Assembly: GCA_035695825.1 (NCBI GenBank)
Contig: DASRRH010000009.1
Coordinates: 87,044 to 151,043, forward strand
Source of the DNA: Planctomycetota bacterium
Lineage (GTDB): Bacteria; Planctomycetota; UBA1135; JAKEFM01
Direction of reading: 5' to 3'
Length of the DNA stretch: 64,000 bases
Positions 54,599-62,031 of this stretch are shown piece by piece. The notes beneath the pieces are model-generated. The model saw only the letters and a list, made by a program, of their open reading frames with translations, was not told the DNA's origin and ran no database searches. The first letter of the stretch is position 1. Every line of letters begins with the position of its first letter. Position numbers and translations under genes: made by a program.

Positions 54599-55131
54599 CG
54601 GGGGGGGGAGGAGGAGTGCTCCTACCCGGGCGCGCCCGGCGACGCCACTGCGGGGCGCTCGCGTCGTCTCAATCCACGCCGAAAAGCGAGTCCCGTCGTC
54701 AGGGGGCACCGGCACTCCCCGGAGCGAGCCGAGCCGCGTCCTCATCTCCGAAACCATCCCCGGAGGAGCGGTCCGGCGGTGCAGGATCCGGGGCCGTCCT
54801 CGGGCTGGAGCCCCGACCGGGCGACGTCCCTCCGTTCCCGATCCCCTGGCGAGCTGCAAACGGGCGCGCCGGGCGCTCCGTCCGCCCGAAAGGTGTCCGC
54901 CCAGCGGACGGCCCGGCATTCATACGCATGTGGCGAGGGACCCCTGGTCCCGCCGCTTCGGGTGGTTTGGGAAGCCGTCGAGCACCGCGAGCCCGCCGTC
55001 TGCCCACCGGGCGAGGGGTTGCGGAGGCTCTCCGGCCCGACACGACGGCGACCAGGGCTTGGGCGAATCCCCTTCGCCGGGTCGGACCTCGCGGTCCCCC
55101 CTTCCAGGCACCTGTCCCGAGGGCTGAATCG

Positions 55132-56619
55132 ATGAATCGCACCTTCGACCTCCGGGGACCTGCCGTCGCGGCATCGTTCCTCGTCTCCTCGTTCCTCGCC
55201 GTCGCGCCGTCCGGGCGCGCCCAGACCGCCACCGTGCCCGCGGCCGATGAGACGGTCCCGGTCCCCTCGAGCGGGGACGCCGCGGACGACGCGGCGATCT
55301 GGATCCACCCCACCGTTCCCGGCCTGAGCCTGGTGATCGGCACGGACAAGGACTCCGGGCTCGCCGTCTACGACCTTTCCGGGAACCAGCTCCAGTTCCT
55401 CGCGGACGGGGAGCTCAACAACGTCGACCTCCGCTACGGCTTCCCCCTGGGGCTTGTCGACGTGGCGCTCGTCACCTCCGGAAACCGCGCGAACAACGAG
55501 CTCGCGGTCTACGCGGTCGATCCGAACACCCGGACGCTCTACGACGTCGCCGCGGGCTCGATCCCGCTCGGATTCGACGTCTACGGGTGCTGCATGTACA
55601 AGAGCCCCACGACGGGCGACTTCTTCTTCATCGGCACCTCCGACGCCGGCGTCGTCAAGCAGTTCAAGCTCCTCCTGGCCGCCGGGGGAGGGGTCACCGC
55701 GCAGCTCGTCCGCACCTTCGACGCCGGAGGCGTGACCGAGGGGTGCGTGGCCGACGACGAGAACGGCTACCTCTTCGTCGCCGAGGAGAACGTCGGCATC
55801 TGGCGCTACGGCGCCGAGCCGAACGCCGGGAATGCCCACACCCTCGTCGACTCGACCGGCTCGAGCGGCAACCTCACCGCGGACGTGGAAGGGCTCACGA
55901 TCTACTACGCCGCCGGGGGAGGGGGCTACCTCCTCGCCTCCAGCCAGGGGAGCAGCACCTTCTGCGTCTACCAGCGCAACGCGCCGAACGCCTACCTGCT
56001 CACCTTCCAGGTCGGCGCGAACTCCTCCCTCGGCATCGACGCGGTGAGCGGCACGGACGGCATCGACGTGACGAACCGGGGGCTCGGGAGCGCGTTCCCG
56101 AGCGGCCTCTTCGTCGTCCAGGACGATTCCAATTCGGGCGGCAACCAGAACTTCAAGTTCGTGGACTGGGCGGACATCGCCGCCGCCGCGAATCCGCCGC
56201 TCGCGGTGGATCCCCTCTACGATGCCAGCGACACGTCCTGCGGGACGGCCGGCTGGACCTCCCGCAACGGCTCCGGCGTGAACCCCTCGATCCTCGCCAG
56301 CCTGTCGAACCCCGTCCTCGGATCGACGTGGCAGGCGAGCCTCAACTGCGCGGGGCACGCCGCCGGGGCGGCCCTCCTCTTCTGCTACAGCGCCCCCTCG
56401 AGCGGGCTCCTCCTCTCGCCGGGCGAGGTGCTCGTCGACCTCTCGAGCGTGCGCTTCTTCACCCTCTCCGCCCCTCACTCGGGGAACACGGTCCCCTTCA
56501 ACGTGCCCGTCCCGCAGGATCTCCGCCTCTGCGGCGTCCAGGTCTCCCTCCAGGGCGTCGTCCTCGGTTCGCCCGGGCCGTCGCTGTCGAACGCGATCGA
56601 TCTCGTGCTCGGCTCGTAG
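55132..56619 (+). CDS. Beta-propeller phytase (3-phytase family) with about 140-aa C-terminal module
   Basis: ATG 55132 gives MNRTFDLRGPAVAASFLVSSFLAVAPSGRAQ (signal peptide). BPP blocks are DAADDAAIWIHP, GTDKDSGLAVYDLSG, NNVDLRYGF and TEGCVADDENGYLFVAEENVGIWRYGAEP. Confidence 0.85.
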   Translation: MNRTFDLRGPAVAASFLVSSFLAVAPSGRAQTATVPAADETVPVPSSGDAADDAAIWIHPTVPGLSLVIGTDKDSGLAVYDLSGNQLQFLADGELNNVDLRYGFPLGLVDVALVTSGNRANNELAVYAVDPNTRTLYDVAAGSIPLGFDVYGCCMYKSPTTGDFFFIGTSDAGVVKQFKLLLAAGGGVTAQLVRTFDAGGVTEGCVADDENGYLFVAEENVGIWRYGAEPNAGNAHTLVDSTGSSGNLTADVEGLTIYYAAGGGGYLLASSQGSSTFCVYQRNAPNAYLLTFQVGANSSLGIDAVSGTDGIDVTNRGLGSAFPSGLFVVQDDSNSGGNQNFKFVDWADIAAAANPPLAVDPLYDASDTSCGTAGWTSRNGSGVNPSILASLSNPVLGSTWQASLNCAGHAAGAALLFCYSAPSSGLLLSPGEVLVDLSSVRFFTLSAPHSGNTVPFNVPVPQDLRLCGVQVSLQGVVLGSPGPSLSNAIDLVLGS

Positions 56620-56740
56620 CCGAGGAAGCCCGCGCCCGAGCCTTCGACTTCGTGTTGACGCACGTGGGATTCCAGATCCCGTAGGGGAGCGACGGGGGGT
56701 TCGAGAGGTCGTCGCACGCCGGCGTCCCAGGCGGACGCGT

Positions 56741-57619
56741 CTACCACTCGTTCGGGACCGCGCCCCCCTCCATCTCGCGGACGAGCTCGGCGAGCTGCCG
56801 GCGCCACTCCTCGGGAGAACCCTTCGCGCGATTGCCGTGGCCGGGGAGCACCCACTCGAAGCCGTGCGCGGAGAGGCGCGCGAGGGAACGCGCCTGTCCT
56901 TCCCACGAGTGCCAGGTGGCGTCCCGGAACGCCGAGAGCCGCTTCCGGGTCCGGCTCCAGTAGAGGGAGTCGCCGGTGAAGAGGAACCGGCCGTCGAGAA
57001 GGTAGGCGACGCTCCCTCGCGTGTGTCCGGGAACCGGGATGGCGGCGAGCGAGGGGGCGATCGCGAAGGGGTCGAGGCCGCGGAGGATGTCCGTCGCGAA
57101 GGGCGCCGCGTTCCCGTCCCATTCGTGGATCCAGACCCGCGAGCCGAAGCGCTTCGCGTAACGCTCGGCGTCCGCGACGTCGTCGCGGTGGGTGAGGAGG
57201 ACCTGGGCGAGACCTCCCCCCTCCTCGAAGGCCCGGACGAGCGGCGGCACGAAACGGGGCGAGTCGACGAGCAGGTTGCCTTCGGGCCGCTGCGCGAAGT
57301 AGGCGTTCGCGCCGAAGGAGTCCCGCGACGTGAAGCCGCAGTAGAAGACGCCCTCCTCGAGATGCTCGGGGAAGAGGCCCTCGGTCGGGGGCTTCTCCCC
57401 CTCAACGCCGATCGAGCCGGTCGGGCAGGCGAGCATCGCCCGTGCAGCGTCTCGGGCCTCCTCGGCCGACGCGGGCTGGCGGACGACCACCGCCTGGTCC
57501 TCCACCTCCCCGAACATCCAGGGGGCGCACTGGCGGGAGACGTCGCAGTTGATGCAGGTGCGATCGACGAACCAGGAGCCGGGGACGTTGGCCGGGTGCC
57601 GGCGCGCGGGGCTTGCCAT
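56741..57619 (-). CDS. Ferredoxin-like [4Fe-4S] domain fused to an MBL-fold hydrolase
   Basis: The N-terminus WFVDRTCINCDVSRQC...ACPTGSI is a single-cluster ferredoxin pattern. MBL motifs are PVPGHTRGS, FTGDSL and LPGHG. The first MBL motif is atypical (LLTHRDDVAD). Confidence 0.75.
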   Translation of the reverse strand: MASPARRHPANVPGSWFVDRTCINCDVSRQCAPWMFGEVEDQAVVVRQPASAEEARDAARAMLACPTGSIGVEGEKPPTEGLFPEHLEEGVFYCGFTSRDSFGANAYFAQRPEGNLLVDSPRFVPPLVRAFEEGGGLAQVLLTHRDDVADAERYAKRFGSRVWIHEWDGNAAPFATDILRGLDPFAIAPSLAAIPVPGHTRGSVAYLLDGRFLFTGDSLYWSRTRKRLSAFRDATWHSWEGQARSLARLSAHGFEWVLPGHGNRAKGSPEEWRRQLAELVREMEGGAVPNEW

Positions 57620-57626
57620 GGGAACG

Positions 57627-58718
57627 CTACCTCGCGGGGCGGAGGACGACGCGGAGCGCCGCCTTCTCCCGCGCGACGACCTTGGCCTCCGCGTAGCGCT
57701 GCTCGCTTCCCCTCGCGCGGGCGGAGACGCGGTAGTCGCCGGCCGGGAGGTTACGGGCGAGGAAGGTCCCCTCGGGAGAGACCTCGCCGTGGAAGGTCCC
57801 GCCCGGCGGCCCGAACCCGTCGAGTCGGGCCGGGAGGGGGAGCCCCGCCTCGTCGACGACGGTCACCTCCAGGGAACCGAAGACGGGGAGCCGGACGTCG
57901 TGGCGGAGCGGCGCGTTCTCGAGGGCGACACGCACCGGCTCGAGGAGAGGGGACTCCCTCGGCCCGACGAACAGGCGGTAGAGGCCCGAGGAGACGCCGT
58001 CGATCCGGTAGCGGCCGGAGGGGTCGCTCGCCGCCTCGAGGCGGGCCCCGCCGGGCCTCTCCTCCTCGAGGCGCACGAGCACCCCCTCGAGCGGGGTCGC
58101 CTCCTCGTCGAGGACGGCGCCATCGACGAAGACCGTCCGGCGCAGAGCGAGGTTGATCGTGACGACGCGGCAGGCGGGACCGACCTCGACCGGGGCCGAG
58201 ACGGCGCTCAACCCCTCGCCCGACGCGCGGACGAGGTAGCCCGCGTCGGGGAGGTCCTCGAAGGCGCAACGGTCGCTTCCGAGGGGGACGATCGCGGTTT
58301 TCTCGACGGCCTTGCCGGGGGCGAGAAGGAGCGCCGTCGGGCCGATCGCGACGAGGCAGTCCCCCTTCCTCGGGCCCTCCGGCGGGTCGACGAGGAAGAC
58401 GCGCAGTCGCCCCTTCCCGGGCGGGGGGAGGGCCGGCTCCCCGTCCGGCCCCTCCGCCTCGAGGCGCTGGGCCGGGACCGGTGCGGGGGCCGCACTTGCC
58501 CCGGGAGGGGGGGACTCGCTCCTTTCGGCCGGGGCGGGACGGAACGCGGGCGCCCGCGCCACGGGGGGCGCGAGGAGGAGGACGGTCGCGAGGAGGAGGA
58601 TCGCCCCCGCGACGGGGAGGAGGATCCCGAGCCGGGCGGCCGCTCCGAGGTTTGACTCCCTTTCCCGCGGGGGGATAGTTTCTCGCCCTCCGGGCGGCTT
58701 CGCGTCGGTCGGATGCAT
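57627..58718 (-). CDS. Membrane-anchored protein with carboxypeptidase-regulatory-like domains
   Basis: ATG 58718. TM anchor is LGILLPVAGAILLLATVLLLA. Repeats are of the type GAVLDEEATPLEGVLVRLEE...GRYRIDGVSSGLYRLFV. The upstream part of track ORF 57627..61058 is antisense to the next gene and is rejected. Confidence 0.65.
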   Translation of the reverse strand: MHPTDAKPPGGRETIPPRERESNLGAAARLGILLPVAGAILLLATVLLLAPPVARAPAFRPAPAERSESPPPGASAAPAPVPAQRLEAEGPDGEPALPPPGKGRLRVFLVDPPEGPRKGDCLVAIGPTALLLAPGKAVEKTAIVPLGSDRCAFEDLPDAGYLVRASGEGLSAVSAPVEVGPACRVVTINLALRRTVFVDGAVLDEEATPLEGVLVRLEEERPGGARLEAASDPSGRYRIDGVSSGLYRLFVGPRESPLLEPVRVALENAPLRHDVRLPVFGSLEVTVVDEAGLPLPARLDGFGPPGGTFHGEVSPEGTFLARNLPAGDYRVSARARGSEQRYAEAKVVAREKAALRVVLRPAR

Positions 58719-58725
58719 CGAACTT

Positions 58726-58731
58726 AATCTA
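58726..58731 (-). promoter_or_regulatory. -10-like TAGATT located 7 nt upstream of ATG 58718 (possible leaderless transcript)
   Basis: The minus strand reads GCTAGATTAAGTTCGATGCAT. This is the only AT-rich patch in the 60-bp divergent intergenic region. Confidence 0.35.
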
Positions 58732-58778
58732 GCAACCGGGGTCGCCGGGCGTTTCCTCCGACGCGTCGACCTCTCCCC

Positions 58779-61136
58779 ATGCTCTTCCCCCTCCTCCTCG
58801 CCCTCGCCGGCGGGCCCGCGCCCGCGCAGCGCGTGATCGTGCTCGGGTTCGACGGCGCGGACGCGAAGCTGGTCGAGAAGTACATGGACGAGGGGGCGCT
58901 CCCGAACCTTTCGCGCCTCCGGGAGTCGGGCACGTACTCGCGGCTCGGGACGACGAACCCCGCGCAGTCCCCGGTCTCGTGGGCCGCCCTCAACGCCGGG
59001 GCGAACCCGGGAAAGACGAGCCTCTACGACTTCGTCAAGCGCCTGAACCGCACCGCCTCGGGGAAGCCCCTCCCGAAGCCGACCCCCGCCCTCGCGCTCG
59101 CCGAGCCGATCATGGTCCGCGCGGCCGCCGTCCTGCCGATCGACCCGGCGAAGCCCGGGCGCTATGCGGTCGGCGCCGGCGCGTTTCTCGCCGCGCTCGG
59201 CTTCGGGCTCGTCCGCCTCTTCCGGGGCCGCGCGCGCTCCGGCCTCGCCCTGGGCCTCCTCCTCGGCGCCGGGGGGGCGATGGCCACCTCCAAGGTCCTC
59301 GAGTGGATCCCCGAGGAGCTCCCGGCCGCCTCGAACCCTCAGAAGGCGGCACCTTTCTGGGCCGCCGCGGCGGCGGGGGGGATCCCCTTTGCCGGCCTCC
59401 AGGTCCCGATGGCCTTTCCCCCGGATCCGTTCCCCGGGGTGAGGCTCCTCTGCGGCCTCGGCGTCCCGGACGTCCACGGGACGGTGGGGGACTGGTGCAT
59501 CTACACGAACGACGAGCTCGAGTCCCTCGAGCCCGCCCCCGTCGGAATCTCGACGGAAACGGCGGGGTCGCTCTACAAGGTGGCCCTGCGGGGGGGTCGG
59601 GTCGATTCCCTGCTCCCGGGACCGAACAACTTCTGGCTCGTGCAGCGGCTCGACCGGGAAATCGCGCGCCTCAAGGCGCGCGCCGCCGCGACGAAGGACC
59701 CCGAGGGGCGCTTCGAGATCGAGGACGAGATCGGGCGGCTCGAGCAGGCGGCCAAGCGCGCGGCGGAGGACCGGGTGACGATCCCCGTCGCGATCGTGCC
59801 CGATCCCGCCTCGGGCGCGGTCGACCTCTTCTTCGACGGAAAGAGCCAGCGCCTGCGCCCGGGGGAGTGGAGCGACTTCTACCGGGTGAAGTTCCCGCTG
59901 AACTTCCTGCTCCGGCTCTCCACCCTCGTCCGCGCGAAGGTCCTCGAGTGGGGGAAGGAGCGGGGGCGGATCTACGTCGAGCCGATCAATTTCGACCCGC
60001 GCGACCTCCCCCCCCAGATCTCGATCTCCTCGCCCCGCTCCTACGCGAAGGAGCTCGCCGCCTCGATCGGGGACTACGAGACGCTCGGCTGGGCCTGCGC
60101 GACGAGCCCGGTCAAGGACTCGAGGATCGACGACCAGACCTTCCTCGAGGACGTCGAGTTCATCCTGCGCGCGAGGGAGCGGATGCTCGACCACGAGCTC
60201 GCCCGCCGCGACTGGCGCTGCCTCTACGTCGTCTTCTCCGAGCCCGACCGCGTGCAGCACATGCTCTTCCGCCACGTCGACCCGGCGAACCCGCTGCACG
60301 ACCCGGCGAAGGCCTCCGCGAAGCTGCGGGCTTTCGGCCGGGAATTCCGGGCCGACGAGGCGATCCGGGAGACCTGCCGCGAGATGGACCGTCTCGTCGG
60401 GAAGGCCCTCGCGGCGTGCGACGAGGGGACCGTCCTCCTCGTCGCCTCGGACCACGGCTTCTCCTCCTTTCGCAAGGGGGTGAACCTGAACAACTGGCTC
60501 CACGAGAACGGCTACCTCGCGATCCAGCAGGGGGGCGGCTCGGGGACGGTCGTCCAGGTCCAGAACCTCTTCAATCCCTCGCAGATCTTCGGCTACGTCG
60601 ACTGGAAGGGGACGAGGGCCTACTCCCTCGGGCTCGGCAAGATCTACCTGAACGTGAAGGGGAGGGAGACGAACGGCGTCGTCGAGCCGCAGGACGCGGC
60701 GAAGGTCGCCGAGGAGATCGCGCGCAGGCTCGAGGCCTACCGCGACCCGGAGACGGGGGCCCGGGTGGTCCGTCGCTGCTACGCGAAGGAGGAGATCTAC
60801 AAGGGTCCGCACGTCGAGGGCTCCGCCGACCTGATCCTCGGCTTCGAGGAGGGGTACCGGGTCTCCTGGCAGAGCACGCTCGGGGGGATCGATCCTCCGA
60901 AGTCGATCGACGGCAAGGTCGCCTTCGGCCGCGTGGTCCTTCCGAACGACCAGCCCTGGAGCGGCGACCACTGCTCCCTCGATCCCTCCGTCGTGCCGGG
61001 GGTTCTCTTCTCGAACCGCCGCTTCGCCCTCCCCGAGGGAGGGCCCGACGTGCTCCATGTCGCTCCCACAGCGCTCGCGCTCCTCGGCGTCCCCGTGCCG
61101 GCGGAGATGGATCGGGCCCCGCTCGCGCTCCGCTGA
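58779..61136 (+). CDS. Alkaline-phosphatase-superfamily protein (type I phosphodiesterase/nucleotide pyrophosphatase-like, COG3379-type)
   Basis: Signal peptide MLFPLLLALAGGPAPAQ. Family blocks are RVIVLGFDGADAKLVEKYMDEGALPNLSRL, TTNPAQSPVSWAALNAG and LLVASDHGF. There is an insert with two hydrophobic segments (AVGAGAFLAALGFGLVRLF, LALGLLLGAGGAMA). Confidence 0.75.
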   Translation: MLFPLLLALAGGPAPAQRVIVLGFDGADAKLVEKYMDEGALPNLSRLRESGTYSRLGTTNPAQSPVSWAALNAGANPGKTSLYDFVKRLNRTASGKPLPKPTPALALAEPIMVRAAAVLPIDPAKPGRYAVGAGAFLAALGFGLVRLFRGRARSGLALGLLLGAGGAMATSKVLEWIPEELPAASNPQKAAPFWAAAAAGGIPFAGLQVPMAFPPDPFPGVRLLCGLGVPDVHGTVGDWCIYTNDELESLEPAPVGISTETAGSLYKVALRGGRVDSLLPGPNNFWLVQRLDREIARLKARAAATKDPEGRFEIEDEIGRLEQAAKRAAEDRVTIPVAIVPDPASGAVDLFFDGKSQRLRPGEWSDFYRVKFPLNFLLRLSTLVRAKVLEWGKERGRIYVEPINFDPRDLPPQISISSPRSYAKELAASIGDYETLGWACATSPVKDSRIDDQTFLEDVEFILRARERMLDHELARRDWRCLYVVFSEPDRVQHMLFRHVDPANPLHDPAKASAKLRAFGREFRADEAIRETCREMDRLVGKALAACDEGTVLLVASDHGFSSFRKGVNLNNWLHENGYLAIQQGGGSGTVVQVQNLFNPSQIFGYVDWKGTRAYSLGLGKIYLNVKGRETNGVVEPQDAAKVAEEIARRLEAYRDPETGARVVRRCYAKEEIYKGPHVEGSADLILGFEEGYRVSWQSTLGGIDPPKSIDGKVAFGRVVLPNDQPWSGDHCSLDPSVVPGVLFSNRRFALPEGGPDVLHVAPTALALLGVPVPAEMDRAPLALR

Positions 61137-61140
61137 CTCC

Positions 61141-62031
61141 TTGGACCTCGAGCGCTACTTCGCGGAGCGTCGCGCCCGCGTCGAGGAGTCGCTCCGCGCG
61201 TCCCTCGAGGAGACCCCTCCGGCCCCTCTCGCGGAGCCGGTCGCGCGCGCGATGCGCTGGGCCCTCGACTCGGGGGGGAAGAGGCTGCGGCCGATCCTGG
61301 TCCTCGCCGTCGCCGACCTTCTCCGGAAGAAGGAAGCGAAGGTCGTCCGCCTCGCCGTGGGCGTCGAGCTCCTCCACGCCTCCTCCCTCGTCCTCGACGA
61401 CCTCCCCGCGATGGACGACGGGCGGATGCGGCGCGGGCGGCCGACGCTCCATCTCGCTTTCGACGAGGGGACGGCGATCCTCGCGAGCGTCGCCCTCCTC
61501 GCGCTCGGCTTCCGCGCGATCGCGCGCGCGGCCGAGGAGGCGGGGCTGCCCGCGGCCGAGGCGCAGGAACTCGTCGCGGAGACCGCGGACACCGTCGGCC
61601 TCCCCGGGATGGCGGGGGGGCAGTACGCGGACCTGCACGCGATGAAGCCGGGGGCCGACCTGCGGACGGTCGAGTTCGTCCACAGCCGCAAGACCGGCGC
61701 CCTCTTCGTCTTTTCCCTCCGCTCGGCCGCCCGCCTGCTCCGGGCGCGGGCGCTCGAGATCGCCTCCCTCGAGGGGTACGCCCGGAACCTCGGCCTCGCC
61801 TTCCAGGTCACGGACGACCTCCTCGACCGCGAGGGGGACGCGGCGACCCTCGGGAAGGACACGAGCCGCGACCGCGGGAAGACGACCTTCGTCGACCTCT
61901 GCGGGGTCGAGGAGGGGAAGCGCCTCGCCGCGGAGCTCCTCGAGGCGGCGCGCGGCGCGCTCGAGCCCTTCGGCGAACGCGCGGAGGCTCTGCGGGCCAT
62001 CGCCGACTTCGTCGGGCGGCGCCGGTCGTGA
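61141..62031 (+). CDS. Polyprenyl diphosphate synthase (FPP/GGPP synthase, IspA-type)
   Basis: First Asp-rich motif LVLDDLPAMDDGRMRRG, second FQVTDDLLD, and KRLRP. TTG 61141 lies 4 nt after the upstream stop. The ATG 61057 extension would overlap the upstream gene by 80 nt with non-protein-like sequence. Confidence 0.85.
   Translation: MDLERYFAERRARVEESLRASLEETPPAPLAEPVARAMRWALDSGGKRLRPILVLAVADLLRKKEAKVVRLAVGVELLHASSLVLDDLPAMDDGRMRRGRPTLHLAFDEGTAILASVALLALGFRAIARAAEEAGLPAAEAQELVAETADTVGLPGMAGGQYADLHAMKPGADLRTVEFVHSRKTGALFVFSLRSAARLLRARALEIASLEGYARNLGLAFQVTDDLLDREGDAATLGKDTSRDRGKTTFVDLCGVEEGKRLAAELLEAARGALEPFGERAEALRAIADFVGRRRS

Noticed and set aside
54644-54650. GCCACTG, reminiscent of the cobalamin riboswitch B12 box
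   Set aside because: The surrounding consensus (GGTGxxAATCC, CCCGCCACTG context, pseudoknot partners) is absent, and the neighbouring genes are not B12-related.
54599-54919. The N-terminal extension of the FabZ-like ORF (track ORF 54119..54919)
   Set aside because: The extension (MPGRPLGGHLSGGRSARRARLQLARGSG...) is Arg/Gly/Pro-rich with no hotdog-fold similarity. The conserved domain begins just after GTG 54598.
61057-61140. ATG 61057 as the start of the polyprenyl synthase
   Set aside because: It gives an 80-nt overlap with the upstream gene and adds the junk-like peptide MSLPQRSRSSASPCRRRW. TTG 61141, just after the upstream stop, gives a typical IspA N-terminus.
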